Counted from the stretch's first letter, positions 46,971 through 59,490 are shown. The stretch is 64,000 nucleotides of DNA from a bacterium (GCA_046331705.1 JAXLQJ010000015.1:1-64000), one strand, 5' to 3'. Numbers and translations: made by a program. The notes: generated by a model from the sequence alone, not told the origin.

Positions 46971-49083
46971 ATGTCGCGGGCCACGCTGCTTCTGATCGCG
47001 CTCTTGCTCTCGGCGCTGTTCGTCGTGATCGGCGCGGCGTCCGGTTTGATGCGGCGCGAGATGCGCGCGCTCGAGCGCGAGTTCGCCGCCGAGCGAGCGG
47101 CACGCTTGGACCAGGTCACCGCGGAGATCCACGGCTCGCTCAAGGACATCGCCGACGACCTGCGTTTCGGCGGCGAGCTGGTGCACGAGGCGCGCAACGA
47201 CGAGATCGCCGAGCAAGGCATCCACGCCTTGCTGGGCTCGGTTCGCCCGTACCTGGCGGCCCGGGTCTACGCCGTCGACGGATCGCTGACGCTCTCGCTC
47301 AGCGATCCCCGGTCGACGCGCGCGATCCCCGAGGGCGCGGATCGCGCGCTGGCGCAGGCGGCCCAGCTCGCGCTCGGCTCGCCGGGCGCCGACGTCGCCG
47401 TGTCGCGGGCGCTCGTGGACGGCGGCGAGGATCGCTACCGCGCGTTCGCGACGCCGATCGAAGCCACCGATCGCGCGCCCCGCCGCGCGCTGGCGTTGCT
47501 GGTCGACACCAAGCCCACCTTCGATCACGTGCGATTCCTCGACGCCGACGCGTTGCTGCTCGGTCCGCACGGCGTCGTCGCTCGCTCGTCGAGCCCCAAG
47601 CTCTTCGCCGACATCTCGCTCGTCGAGTCCGACCCCGCTCGGTTTCCGGTCGCGAGCAGGCTCATCGAGGCGATTCGCCGCGGCGACGCGGGCGCGCTCA
47701 CCATCCCCGAGGACGAGGCGCTCGGGCTCGGCTTCGACGCCGACGTGATCGCGTCGTTCGTCCCCATTCCCATCGCCGGCGCCGGTTCGTGGAAGCTCGC
47801 CACGTTCAGCTCGACGCGGCCCTTGCACGACCGGGCGCGCGGGGTGCTGTGGCGCTACGCGTCGGGCGCGCTGGCGCTGGCGGTGGTGCTGGTCGTGGTG
47901 GGCGCCTACCTGGTGGTGAGCTCGTTTCGCGCGCGGGTGCTGAGCGAGCGGCTGCTGCGCGCCAACGAGCTCGCCCAGCTCAACGAGATCTCGCTGCGCA
48001 TCGTCGACCACATCCCCGTGGGAGTGCTCGCGCTGGCGGGTGACGGCCGCATCCTGGTCATGAATCGCGACCTGCGGGTGCGGCTGCCGGAAGCGACGAT
48101 CGGGATCAAGCTCGACCGGGCGCTCGCCGCCGCCACCGAGGTCACGCGGACGCGCTTGCGCGACCTGGTCGGAGCGGCGCGCGCCACCCACGAGGTCCAG
48201 TACCTCCACGCCGAGGCCCTCGATCTCTTCGGTTACCCCGGCCGATTCAGCATCCACGCCATCCCCCTCGACGAGGCGCGTCTGCTCGGCGCGCGCACGT
48301 TGCTGGTGATCGAGGACGTGACCGCGCTGGAACGGCTCGGCGCGCAGCTCATGCGCGCCGAGAAGCTCGCCACCGTGGGCGTCCTCGCGGCGGGGATCGC
48401 CCACGAGATCGGCACGCCGCTCGGCGTGGTGCGCGGCCGCGCCGAGTACATCCAGGGCAAGCTCGGCCCGGATCACCCACAGCACGCCACCGCCGGCATC
48501 ATCATCGACGAGATCGATCGGGTGACCCGCACGATCCGCCAGCTGCTCGACTTCGCGCGGGTCCGCCCCGCGGCGGTCACGCCCGTCTCGCTCGAGCAAT
48601 CGGTGCGCCGCGTGGTCGAGCTGCTTCGGCTGGAGGCCGAGCGGCGCTCGGTGGCGGTGAGCATCGAGGCCCCCGCCGGGCTGCCATTGATCGCGGCCAA
48701 TGGCGATCAGCTCGAGCAGGTCGTCGCCAATTTGCTGATGAACGCCTACGATGCGTGCATCGGCGGCGGCAACGTTCGCATCGTCGTCGGCGGCGCGGAC
48801 CAGGACGCGGTGCCGGGCGAACCCTTGCGGCTCACGATCTCCGACGACGGTTGCGGAATGACACCCGAGCAGAGCAAACGCGCCTTCGATCCCTTCTACA
48901 CCACCAAGAAGCGCGGGCAGGGGACCGGTCTCGGGCTGACGGTGGTGGAGCAGATCGTGAGAAACCATGGCGCGCAGATCGAGCTCACGAGCCGCGCCGG
49001 CGTGGGCACGACCGTGAGCCTCGCATGGCCCGTGGCCGACGCGGATGGCGACGCGGCGCGGGCGCGTCTGGAGGTCGCAAGCG

Positions 49084-49094
<11 letters not shown>
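46971..49094 (+). CDS. Membrane sensor histidine kinase (NtrB-like, with PAS)
   Basis: Two TMs, H-box 'AAGIAHEIGTPL', 'QVVANLLMNA', 'DDGCGM', 'FDPFYTTK', 'GTGLGL'. Confidence 0.95.
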
Positions 49095-50469
<1,375 letters not shown>

Positions 50470-50502
50470 CGGCCGCGCGCGGAGCCCGCGCCGCGAGCGC
50501 GC

Positions 50503-51204
50503 TCAGCGCGTGTAGTGCAGCGGCCAGCCGACGGGCTCGGGCGGCTTGGCGCGCGGTTGCGCGCGCTCGGTGGCCGCATCCTTGGGATCCTTCACGGAGA
50601 CCCAGGGACCGAAGCCATCGTTGCCCTCGGGCGGCTCTTTCGCTTGCCGGCAGCGCGTGACGCGGGTCCACCAGGAATCGCCCACGGCGTACGGCCACTC
50701 CACGCGAAACTGGCTCATGCGCTGCGGCGTCACCTTGAGGCCGAGCCCGGCGAAGAAGAGGTCGATGGTGGCCTCGCTGCCGGAGTCGATCGTGGTCTCG
50801 CCCACGGCGACGTCGCCGCGCTTCACCTCGACCAGCCGGAAGTCGACGCCCAACGTGTCGCGCAGCCGCACCGACGCCGGGTTGAAGTGGACCGGCGAGC
50901 CGCTCGCGTTGTGGAACGTGAACGCGAGGTGGAAGCGCGGTCCGGCACCCCAGGGATTGGTCGATTGGGTCACGCCCTCGGAGCCGAAGGAGATCGAGCC
51001 GCCGCCGTCGGCGGCGTCGTCGAGAAGGGGGTAGCGCGCCGAGCAGCTCAGCTCGGCGGCTTCCGCGCCCAGCACCGGCGTGGGGATCTGGGAGTCCGTG
51101 AGGCAGCCGGCGCCGCCTCCGAGCAGGACCGAGAGTGCCAGCGCGCGGCGGGCGCGAGCCGAGGACGTCGAAGCGGCCGTGGGTGCGCGGAGTCGGCGTG
51201 TCAT
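50503..51204 (-). CDS. Hypothetical lipoprotein
   Basis: Signal peptide ending 'GGAGC', GAGGAG RBS, beta-rich 'FTFHNASGSPVHFNP'. Confidence 0.6.
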   Translation of the reverse strand: MTRRLRAPTAASTSSARARRALALSVLLGGGAGCLTDSQIPTPVLGAEAAELSCSARYPLLDDAADGGGSISFGSEGVTQSTNPWGAGPRFHLAFTFHNASGSPVHFNPASVRLRDTLGVDFRLVEVKRGDVAVGETTIDSGSEATIDLFFAGLGLKVTPQRMSQFRVEWPYAVGDSWWTRVTRCRQAKEPPEGNDGFGPWVSVKDPKDAATERAQPRAKPPEPVGWPLHYTR

Positions 51205-51256
51205 GGGCGAGGCTCCTCGAGTCGACGTCGGGTTGCGCACCGGCGCGAGCGCGCGC

Positions 51257-53797
51257 TCAATGCGTATCCCACCATTCCTGCCACGCTGTCGAGGTCGCCC
51301 CCGCGTCTTCCTTGGCGATCGTGACCAGCGCGGCGTGGGCCTGCTTGCGCACCTCGGCGTTGGGATCGTCGAGGGCGCGGATGAGATGGGGCATGGCGCC
51401 GCGCTGACCGATCTTGCCCAGCGCTCGCGCGAGGTCGGCGCGCGCGCCCGGATCGGTCTCGCGGAAGAACGTCCCGAGCAGCCCGTCGAGCGCGTCGGGA
51501 TGCGCGAGCTCGCCGAGGGCGAAGGCCGCGTTGCCGCGCACCCGCGAGCTCTCCGACGCGAGCGCCGCCTCGAGCTTGCGCTCCACCACCGGGCCGCCGA
51601 ACTCCACCAGGATCGCCGCCGCGGCGCGCGCCACCACGGGATCGTCGTCGGAGAAGAGCTCGGCGAGCAGCGTCGGAGTGCGGGGGTCGCGGGTGCGCGC
51701 CAACACCCACATCACGCGCAGCTTGGCGTCGGTGCCGCCCGAGCGCAGCGCGAACAAGACGGGGTCCTCGCCGGCCGGCGCCTGGATCGCACCGAGCACC
51801 GCGGCGACCACGCGATCGGGTCCGCGCTCGCGCGAGCCGCGACCGCGCTCGATCCCGCCGGCGCTCGGCGTCGCCGCGGTCTCGGTGGGTGCAGAGCGTT
51901 CCACGATGCGCGAGATGGCGCGCATCGCGTCGACGCGGAACCCGCCGCCGCGTCCGACCAGGCGCATGAGCCCGACGATCGCGTCGTCTCCGGCGACCTG
52001 GCCGAGCACGCGCACCGCGTGTTCGGCGACGGGTGCGGGCGTCTCGGGATCGCTCGCCAGCGCCAGCAAGGTCGGTGCGGCGCTGTGTACCCCGAAGACC
52101 TCGACGGCGCGAAACGCGAGCTCCCGCACCTCCGCGGTGCGGTGCGTCGACAAGCACGAAGCGAGCGCCCGCTCCAGCGTGCCCCGGCGCTCGCCTCCGT
52201 CGTCGGGGACGGCCGCCGGCTGGCGCACCAATCGCTCCAGCGCGACGCGGCGTACCGCGTCCGAGGGGTCGTCGACGGCGCTCACCGCGAGGCCGATCAT
52301 CGCGATGCGCGCGGCGGGGTCGAGGCGGCCGGTTTCGAGCAAGCCGAAGCCGCGCACCAAGGCGTCGGCGCGGGCGGTGGCGCGGGGGCTCGCCGCGTCC
52401 GCGCGAATGCTCGTCAACGGGTCGCGGAACCAGAAGAGCGCGGCGAGCGCCGCGAGCGCGAGGGCGGTCGCCGTCGCGGCGGTGCCCACGATGCGCCGGC
52501 GATTGCGTGCGACCCGGCGCGCCAGTCGCCGCGTCCAGTGCGGCGGGCGCGCCGTGACGGGCTTGCCCGCGAGCCAGCACTCCAGGTCATCGGCGAAGCG
52601 CTCCGCCGACTCGTAGCGGTCTCGGGGGCGTTTCTCGAGCGCCTTGGCGATCACGAGGTCGAGAGCGGGGCCGAGCTCGGGATCGATCTGGCTGGGCGGC
52701 TTGGGATCTTCTTCGAGCACCTCGCGCACGGTGTCGTGGCGGGTGCCGCCGGAGAAGGCCGGTACGCCGGTCAAGAGCTCGTAGAGAAGCGCGCCCAGCG
52801 CCCACACGTCGGTGCGCGCGTCGATCCCCTCGGCGTTGCCCGTGAGCTGCTCGGGCGCGCGGTAGAGCGTGCGTCCGCCGACCTCGTCGGTGGGCGACTG
52901 ATAGGCGTGCTCCTCGGGCGTGTGGACGGAACGCGTGAGACCCACGTCCATGAGCCGCGGCGTGCCGTCGGCGTCGATGATGACGTTGGACGGCTTGATG
53001 TCGAGGTGCAGCACGCCCTGGCGATGGGCTTCGCTGACGGTGCGCGCGAGCGAGAGCACCAGCCGCACGGCGACCTTGGCGTCGGCGTAGCTGCTCGCCG
53101 GCTGGCGGTCGAGCGTCGTGCCGCTCGCCAGCTCGGAGACCAGGTAGCGCGTGTCGTACGACTCGCCGTGGTCGAGCAACGGCACCAATCCCGGCAGGTC
53201 GAGGCGCTGGATGGCCCGCGCCTCGCGGCCGAAGCGCAGCGAGCCTTCGCGGCCGAGGCTCACACCCGGCAGCAGCGTCTTGAGGGCAACGGCGCGGCCC
53301 GTGGCGCGTTCGCGGGCGCGATACGCCACGCCCATCTCACCGCGGCCCAGCTCGCCTTCGATGGTGTAGCGGCCGAAGAGCGGTGCATCGCCGGTGGCGG
53401 GTTCCGTTCCAGCGACGGGCTCGGGTGCTGGTTCGTCGTCGTGCGCGCTCGCCGGCTCAGGCGCGTCGGGATCCGGTGGCGGCGCCGCGCCGGTCCCGCC
53501 CGACTCTTCCGCTGCGGATGGGATCGGAGTCGCGGTGGGGGCGGGCGGCGCCGTGTGGCTCGCTTCGCGAGGCTCGTCGTTCGCGAGCGCCTCGGTGAGC
53601 GAAGCGGTCAGTGGCTCGAGACCGGCCTTCACCGCCGCGCGCCGCACGTCGCGGGTCTTCGGCTCGATCTCGTCGAGCTCGATCTGGAAGGCCTTGCCGC
53701 AGTTGCGGCAGCGGAAGCGTCCGCCGCGCGGCAGCGCCGCGATCGAATAGCGCGCGCCGCAGCGATCGCAAAGCAGCACCGCCGCGCGGCTCGTCAC
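51257..53797 (-). CDS. Hanks-type Ser/Thr kinase-like protein with N-terminal Zn ribbon, TM helix and C-terminal HEAT repeats
   Basis: 'CDRC...CRNC', 'LGRGEMG', 'VALK', 'HLDIKPSN', 'YRAPE', 'DVWALG', a TM helix, then HEAT repeats. Confidence 0.9.
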   Translation of the reverse strand: MTSRAAVLLCDRCGARYSIAALPRGGRFRCRNCGKAFQIELDEIEPKTRDVRRAAVKAGLEPLTASLTEALANDEPREASHTAPPAPTATPIPSAAEESGGTGAAPPPDPDAPEPASAHDDEPAPEPVAGTEPATGDAPLFGRYTIEGELGRGEMGVAYRARERATGRAVALKTLLPGVSLGREGSLRFGREARAIQRLDLPGLVPLLDHGESYDTRYLVSELASGTTLDRQPASSYADAKVAVRLVLSLARTVSEAHRQGVLHLDIKPSNVIIDADGTPRLMDVGLTRSVHTPEEHAYQSPTDEVGGRTLYRAPEQLTGNAEGIDARTDVWALGALLYELLTGVPAFSGGTRHDTVREVLEEDPKPPSQIDPELGPALDLVIAKALEKRPRDRYESAERFADDLECWLAGKPVTARPPHWTRRLARRVARNRRRIVGTAATATALALAALAALFWFRDPLTSIRADAASPRATARADALVRGFGLLETGRLDPAARIAMIGLAVSAVDDPSDAVRRVALERLVRQPAAVPDDGGERRGTLERALASCLSTHRTAEVRELAFRAVEVFGVHSAAPTLLALASDPETPAPVAEHAVRVLGQVAGDDAIVGLMRLVGRGGGFRVDAMRAISRIVERSAPTETAATPSAGGIERGRGSRERGPDRVVAAVLGAIQAPAGEDPVLFALRSGGTDAKLRVMWVLARTRDPRTPTLLAELFSDDDPVVARAAAAILVEFGGPVVERKLEAALASESSRVRGNAAFALGELAHPDALDGLLGTFFRETDPGARADLARALGKIGQRGAMPHLIRALDDPNAEVRKQAHAALVTIAKEDAGATSTAWQEWWDTH

Positions 53798-56700
53798 GGC
53801 GTGGGCTCCGCGGGTGCCGGCGTGTGCTGCTTGGGGACCACGCGCTGCCACAGCGCGCCCATGCGTTCGAGGGGCTGCGGGACCACGCGCACGTCCCCGA
53901 ACGTGCCCTCGACACGGAACGAGTAGGAGGTGAGACCGAGCGCCTGTTTCACGTCGCCGACCACGGGGATGGGATCGAGCAGCTCGTCCACGAGCTGGAG
54001 CGGCGCCACCGTCACGACCCCTGCGACCGAGCGGTCGACGAGGCCGACGCTGCCGCTCAGCTCGAGGTCCACCGTGGGTCCGTGCAGGGCCATGCCACGC
54101 GTGCTGACGCGCGCCTCGCGTAGCTCGAGCTCACCCTCGAGCGCGTCGTACGCGAGCCCCATCTCGCGCCAATCCATGGGGCTCGTGACCCAGCGCGAGA
54201 AGTCTACCAGATCGAGCACTTTCCACAGCGCCTTGGCCTCGAAGACGCGGCCGTCGCGTAGCCCCACCGCGAGCGTGCCATCGAGGGCCGCGAGCTGGCT
54301 CGCGAGTGGCCAGCCGAAGCGCACGTGCCCGCTCACGTCGGCCCGCCCGGTGAGCGCCCGCCACGGCACGTCGAGCGTGGCCAAGAGCCGGGGCGCGTCC
54401 ATGTCGCGAATCGTGGGCTCGAGCTCGATCGTGAGGCGCCCGTCGCGGTCGGAGCGAAACGTGGCGTGCGCGTCGAAGGTTCCGCCCAGTGCTCGGCCCG
54501 TCGCGCGCTCGATCTCCAGGATGCCGCGGTCGTAGCGAAACGACGCCGCGAGCTCGTCGATGGCGGTGTCGCGATAGCGCGCCTGTGCCGCCCGGTAGCG
54601 TCCCTGCACGCCGAGCCGCGCGGGCTCGGGCGCCGGCGCCGAACGCGCGCCGGGCCGCGTCGCGGGCTTCGGCTCGGACGAGCCTCCCGCGAAACGCTCG
54701 AGGTCGATCGGCTCGAGCGCGGCGCCGTCGACCGTGACGCGCGGCGCGGCGCCGCCGATGTCCTCGAACGTCCCCGCGGCGCGCGAGCGATGACCGTGCC
54801 AGGCGAGCGAGTCGAGATCGAAGCGTCCGGAGGTTCCCTCGATCACGAGCGAGCCGGTCACGCCGTCGAGGCGCTCGGTCAGGAACGGCGGGCCCACGTC
54901 GAGGTTCGCGACGTCGAGACGACCGCTCACGGCGAGCGGCTCCTCGCGGCGCGGGCGACCGCGCACGGCCACCGTCCCGCTCACGCGGCCGCCGTGCCTT
55001 CCCGAGGCGAGCGCTACCCCGAGGGTGCGCTCGAGATCCACCGCGCGCACGTCGCGGGCCTCGATGCGCAGGTCGACGACTGGATCGTCGCGATAGCGCA
55101 TGACCGAGCCCTGCACCCGCGCCTGGGCCGCGCCGATGCCGAGCGCGAGGCCACCGCTCGTGAGCCGCCGCTCGTCGAAGCTCACCGCTCCCGCGATCCC
55201 CGCGAAGGCCCAGCCGCGCGACGGCACGCCGATCGCTCCGTCGACGATCTCGGCGTCGCCGGCGAAGCGCGGCGGACGGGTGAAGTCGCTCTCGAAGCGC
55301 AGCCGGCCGCGCGCACGTCCGCGCGGTGTCGCGAGCTCGGCGGTGAGCTCGCGCGCCTCCCGCGGCAGCAGATCACTGGCGAGGAAGCGGGCGAGATCGT
55401 CGAGCGCGACGTCGGCGTCGCGTGTGGCGAGCGCGAGCCGGGTGCTGCCCCACACGTCGTGAACCGTGCCTTCGATCTCGCGCAGCGTCGAGTCGCCGTA
55501 GCGCGCGGTGAAGTGCTCCAGTCGAACGTCGCCGCGCTCGAGGACGAGCGTGCCGCTCACCGCCGATGCCCGCGCGAGGCCCGTGTACGGGATGCCGCTC
55601 ACGTCCTCGAAGCCGAGCCGCGCCAGGACCCCGTCGCGGTTCGCGCGCTCGGAGACGTGCGCGAGCTGGCTGAGGCGACCGCGGATGCGGACCTCCTCGG
55701 CGCGACCGCGCCCGTGGTCCACGACGCGCGCGAGGTAGCGCAGCGTGTCGCCCAGCGCGACCAGCGGCAGGCGGTGGCGGACGCGCTCGAGGTCGAGCCA
55801 TGGGCTCGCGAGCTCGACGGAGAGCAGCGGATCGCCCGAATCGAGCTCGGCGAGCTCGGCGCGACCGCGCGCCTCGACGTCGTCGCCGTCGAGTGCCCAA
55901 TCCTCGGCGATCCACACGCCGCCGCGGCGAGCGACCCCTGCCCGAAATCCGAGCGTGGCCATCCGCTGCGGCTCGTCCCACGCGACCGGCACGGTCCACG
56001 CGGGGTTCGCAAGCGTGGCTTCGAGGCGAGCGGAGACGTCGCCCCGCCAGGTTCCCGTGGCGCTGGCGTGCGCGTGGGCGAGGCCGCCGAGGCTCGCGTT
56101 CGCGCCGAGCGCCGCAGGCAGCCACGGATTCGCCAGCGCCACGTCGAGATCCGCGACGGTCACGTCGACGCTGAACGGCGCGCTGGCGAGGCTCGCGACC
56201 TGGCCGATCCCGGTGAGCGAGCCGCGCGCGGCGAGCGTGGTGCCGGTGGCCGGCATGGAGCTCGTGCGCGGCTCGATCACGTGGCCGCTTGCCTCGAACG
56301 CGAGCGCGCCGGCGCGTCGCCGGTTCTCGAGCGTGAGGTCGAGCGGCTCGAGCACGGCGCGTCGTGGTCCCTCGGGATGGCGGCGGTCCAGCCATTCGAG
56401 GCGCGCTCCCCGAACCTCGATCCGATCGGCGGCGACACGAGCCACCAGGCGCCGCCGCCGCTCCTCGCCCGCGCTCTCGCGCTCGCTCGCTGCGGAGGCG
56501 AGCACGCGATCGAGCGCGTTCACGAGGTCGATCGACCCGTCCTCGGCGCGCTCGCCGCGGAGCCGCGGGCGATCGACCAGGATCTCGCCGAAGCGCAGCT
56601 CGCCGTGCATCAGCGGCTCGAGCTCGAGCGCCACCACCAGCGAGCTCGCCTCGAAGAGCGTTCGGTCGGTGTGGCGATCCGCGAGCTTCGCCTCGTCCAC

Positions 56701-56940
56701 CTCGATGCCGAGCCGCCGCCCCAGCTCGACGTGGACGGGGCCGTGGCTCAGCACCAAGCCGGTGCGTGCAGCCAGCTCGGCGGCGGCGTGGTCGAGGGCG
56801 CGCTCGACGTCGGCCGCCTGCCACAGTCGCGCGGCGGCGTAGGAGATGGCGACCAGCAGCGCGAGGGCGAGCGCGCCTCGGCGGCGCTTGCTGCGCGCGC
56901 GATCCGCGTCGGTACGAGCGGGCGCGCGGCGGGCGGTCAC
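53794..56940 (-). CDS. AsmA-like/YhdP (DUF3971-type) envelope protein
   Basis: N-terminal TM, long repetitive beta-rich body, AsmA-like C-terminus 'LSGSVGLVDRSV...PIPVVG...FRVEGTFGDVRV'. Confidence 0.8.
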   Translation of the reverse strand: MTARRAPARTDADRARSKRRRGALALALLVAISYAAARLWQAADVERALDHAAAELAARTGLVLSHGPVHVELGRRLGIEVDEAKLADRHTDRTLFEASSLVVALELEPLMHGELRFGEILVDRPRLRGERAEDGSIDLVNALDRVLASAASERESAGEERRRRLVARVAADRIEVRGARLEWLDRRHPEGPRRAVLEPLDLTLENRRRAGALAFEASGHVIEPRTSSMPATGTTLAARGSLTGIGQVASLASAPFSVDVTVADLDVALANPWLPAALGANASLGGLAHAHASATGTWRGDVSARLEATLANPAWTVPVAWDEPQRMATLGFRAGVARRGGVWIAEDWALDGDDVEARGRAELAELDSGDPLLSVELASPWLDLERVRHRLPLVALGDTLRYLARVVDHGRGRAEEVRIRGRLSQLAHVSERANRDGVLARLGFEDVSGIPYTGLARASAVSGTLVLERGDVRLEHFTARYGDSTLREIEGTVHDVWGSTRLALATRDADVALDDLARFLASDLLPREARELTAELATPRGRARGRLRFESDFTRPPRFAGDAEIVDGAIGVPSRGWAFAGIAGAVSFDERRLTSGGLALGIGAAQARVQGSVMRYRDDPVVDLRIEARDVRAVDLERTLGVALASGRHGGRVSGTVAVRGRPRREEPLAVSGRLDVANLDVGPPFLTERLDGVTGSLVIEGTSGRFDLDSLAWHGHRSRAAGTFEDIGGAAPRVTVDGAALEPIDLERFAGGSSEPKPATRPGARSAPAPEPARLGVQGRYRAAQARYRDTAIDELAASFRYDRGILEIERATGRALGGTFDAHATFRSDRDGRLTIELEPTIRDMDAPRLLATLDVPWRALTGRADVSGHVRFGWPLASQLAALDGTLAVGLRDGRVFEAKALWKVLDLVDFSRWVTSPMDWREMGLAYDALEGELELREARVSTRGMALHGPTVDLELSGSVGLVDRSVAGVVTVAPLQLVDELLDPIPVVGDVKQALGLTSYSFRVEGTFGDVRVVPQPLERMGALWQRVVPKQHTPAPAEPTP

Positions 56941-56975
56941 GAGCAGGTCGGTGGCGAGCGCCGCGCGTCCCCGCC

Positions 56976-57524
56976 TCAGCTCGGAGCGCGGATCTGCGCC
57001 AGGATCTGCTGCTCCATCGCCCGCGGCGAGGCGAGGCCCGGGTAGCTCATCACCGGCACCCGATGGCGATCGAGGATGAAGGTCGTGGGAAAGCCCACGA
57101 TTCCGCCGAAGCGCCGGCTCACGGCGTCGCTGCCGCGTACCACCGGATAGTCGATGCCGAGCTGACGCGCGGCCTGGCGCGCTTCGTCCTCGGCGTCGTC
57201 CATCGCCACGCCGATCACCGTGACGCCCTTGTCCTTGTAGCGTCGGTGCAGCTCGATGAGGCCGGGGATCTCGACCTGGCACGGCCCGCACCAGCTGGCC
57301 CAGAAGTTGACGAGGATCACGTCACCGTCGAAGTCGCTGAGCTTGATGCTGGTATTCGAGAAGAGGTCGGGTGCGGCGAAGTCGACGGGGGTCGCCGGCG
57401 TGGCGCGGCCGCCGCGGTCGCACCCTGTGGCGAGCGTGACGAACATCACCGCGAGCAGCACCCAGCCCGCGAGGAGCGTGGTGCGCAGGGCGCCGTGGCG
57501 TGCGGCCGTTGCGGTTCGGATCAT
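56976..57524 (-). CDS. TlpA/ResA family thiol-disulfide oxidoreductase (lipoprotein)
   Basis: 'VNFWASWCGPCQVEIP', 'GFPTTFILDR', lipobox 'ATGC'. Confidence 0.93.
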   Translation of the reverse strand: MIRTATAARHGALRTTLLAGWVLLAVMFVTLATGCDRGGRATPATPVDFAAPDLFSNTSIKLSDFDGDVILVNFWASWCGPCQVEIPGLIELHRRYKDKGVTVIGVAMDDAEDEARQAARQLGIDYPVVRGSDAVSRRFGGIVGFPTTFILDRHRVPVMSYPGLASPRAMEQQILAQIRAPS

Positions 57525-57666
57525 GGCGAAGGCAGGCTAGCACCCGGCGGAGTTGCCCGGAAATCCGGGCAATTGGCCCGGCGATCGTTCCCACCGTGCC
57601 GCCGCTTTGATCCCCGTGGCGCGCATGCGATGGTGCGCGAGGCCGGTCGAACCAAGGAGCTTCGCC

Positions 57667-57900
57667 ATGAACGTGACTCCGCGTCGTCGCGCTCGCTCGC
57701 ACGACACCCGCTGGCGGCTCGAGTGCGGGATCTGCACGCACGCGTTCGAGGTCGAGCTCCCGTTTCTGCGCCGCATGACCACGACGTGCCCGAACTGCGG
57801 CACCGGGAACGTCTGGAACGAGCCCGAAGCCCCGGTTCCATCAGCGCCCGAGCCGAGCGACGCGCCTCCGCCCGCGTCCACCCCTGCCGTTTCCGGCTGA
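57667..57900 (+). CDS. Small zinc-ribbon protein
   Basis: AAGGAG RBS; 'CGIC...CPNCG' followed by a Pro-rich tail. Confidence 0.6.
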   Translation: MNVTPRRRARSHDTRWRLECGICTHAFEVELPFLRRMTTTCPNCGTGNVWNEPEAPVPSAPEPSDAPPPASTPAVSG

Positions 57901-57901
57901 G

Positions 57902-57922
57902 GCTCGGCAACTCTTGCCGAGC
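57902..57922 (+). terminator. Hairpin immediately after the Zn-ribbon gene
   Basis: GCTCGGCAA-CTC-TTGCCGAGC. Confidence 0.45.
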
Positions 57923-58049
57923 GCGTACGCGCCCGCTCGGCTGCGACTCGCCGCCCAGCGCGCGCGCCACGCGCGCCACACGCGACCCTCGCACGCAGCA
58001 TTCCTGCTTCGACTCGGGTGGCGTCCGGCCGTTGTGGCTCCGGGTCGCG

Positions 58050-58065
58050 TGGCGCTTTCCTTGCA
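58050..58065 (+). promoter_or_regulatory. Candidate sigma-54 promoter for the porin-MCP unit
   Basis: TGGCGC-TTTCC-TTGCA with exact GG-N10-GC spacing, about 90 nt before the probable start. Confidence 0.6.
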
Positions 58066-58155
58066 ATCCTCGCGTGCATGGCGCTGCTCCATCTTGCGAG
58101 CGCGCGCGGATCGTATGCGCGCGGTGGCCGCGCTCCATGCGGGGTGGGGAGCGCC

Positions 58156-59490
58156 GTGTTGCGCGCTCTCGTGGCGATCGCGGTGCTCGGCGCATCGGCG
58201 CGCGCGGGCGATGCCGACGGCATCGAGGAGGCGCGCCATGTGCCGCGTGAGCAGCACGGAGGCCTCGACATGGGGGTCGGCGTCGTTGCCGGCGATGAGG
58301 CCGTCGCCGAGTCGGCGGCCACCGGGGAGCCGACCTCGGCTTGGGCGGCGTGGTGGTCGGGCGAAGCGCTCACGGGGAGCTGGGGCGGACTGCGCACGCG
58401 AGCCGAGGAGCTCGGCGTGGCATTCGAGGGATCGTGGACGCTCGACCTCTCGAGCGTGTTTCACGGTGGCTTGCGGCGTCGCGGTGTGCAGCGTTCCTTC
58501 GTGGATCTGGGCGTCCGTGTCGATCTCGAGCGCGGTGTCGGCTGGGACGGCGCAACGCTCTACGCCGACTACCAGGTGCTCACCGGAGCCAATGGCTCGG
58601 ACGACGTCGGCGACATCCAGGGGTATTCGAGCATCGATGGGCGCGACCTCGCTCAGCTGAGCGAGCTGTGGCTGGAACAGCGGCTCTTCGCCGGGCGGCT
58701 TCGCATCAAGGTGGGCAAGGTGGACGCGAACACCGAGTTCGCGTTCGCCGAGAATGCGGCCGGATTCCTCGGCTCGTCCATGGGCATGAGCCCGACGATT
58801 CTGCTGCCGACCTATCCCGACCCCGCGACCTCGCTCAACGTCTTCGTCGCCCCGTGCGAGGGCGCCTACGTGGGTGTGGGCGTCTACGACGGCGCGGCCT
58901 ATCGCGGGGTGCACACGGGTTCGCGCGGACCCGCCACGTTCTTCGACGACCTGGCCGAGCTCTTCACCGTCGGTGAGGTCGGCGTTCGGTGGGGGGAAGG
59001 GTACGCCGGCCGCCTGGGAGTCGGCGGCTGGTATCAGGACGGTGCGTTCGACGTCGCCGACGCCGCTGGTGCGGTCCGCCACCAGCGCGGCACCGCCGGC
59101 GTCTATCTGGTGCTGGACCAGGCCGTGTGGCGCGTCAGCGACGCGGCCGACGACGAGCGCGGGCTCGACGCGTTCCTGATGTGGGGGTGGACGGAGCCCG
59201 AGGTCGCCGAGATCGAGCATCACGTGGGCGGCGGCCTGGCCTGGCTCGGTCCGCTGGCGGCGCGTGCGCAGGACGAGCTCGGCCTCGGCGTCTCGTGGGT
59301 CGGAGCTGGTGACGCGCTCGATCCCGAGATCCGCCGCGACCACGAGCTGGCGATCGAGACGTATTACGCGGCTGCCGCGAGCGGTTGGCTCGTGGTCCAG
59401 CCGGACCTGCAATGGATCGTGAGCCCGCTCGGCGCATCCGCGGCACGGGATGCCTGGGTCGGGAGCCTGCGATTCACCACCACGCTGTGA
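58156..59490 (+). CDS. OprB-family carbohydrate-selective porin
   Basis: '[10 protein letters not shown]', 'LSELWLEQ...[11 protein letters not shown]', 'PTYPDPA', '[11 protein letters not shown]'. Signal peptide from GTG 58156. Confidence 0.88.
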   Translation: MLRALVAIAVLGASARAGDADGIEEARHVPREQHGGLDMGVGVVAGDEAVAESAATGEPTSAWAAWWSGEALTGSWGGLRTRAEELGVAFEGSWTLDLSSVFHGGLRRRGVQRSFVDLGVRVDLERGVGWDGATLYADYQVLTGANGSDDVGDIQGYSSIDGRDLAQLSELWLEQRLFAGRLRIKVGKVDANTEFAFAENAAGFLGSSMGMSPTILLPTYPDPATSLNVFVAPCEGAYVGVGVYDGAAYRGVHTGSRGPATFFDDLAELFTVGEVGVRWGEGYAGRLGVGGWYQDGAFDVADAAGAVRHQRGTAGVYLVLDQAVWRVSDAADDERGLDAFLMWGWTEPEVAEIEHHVGGGLAWLGPLAARAQDELGLGVSWVGAGDALDPEIRRDHELAIETYYAAAASGWLVVQPDLQWIVSPLGASAARDAWVGSLRFTTTL

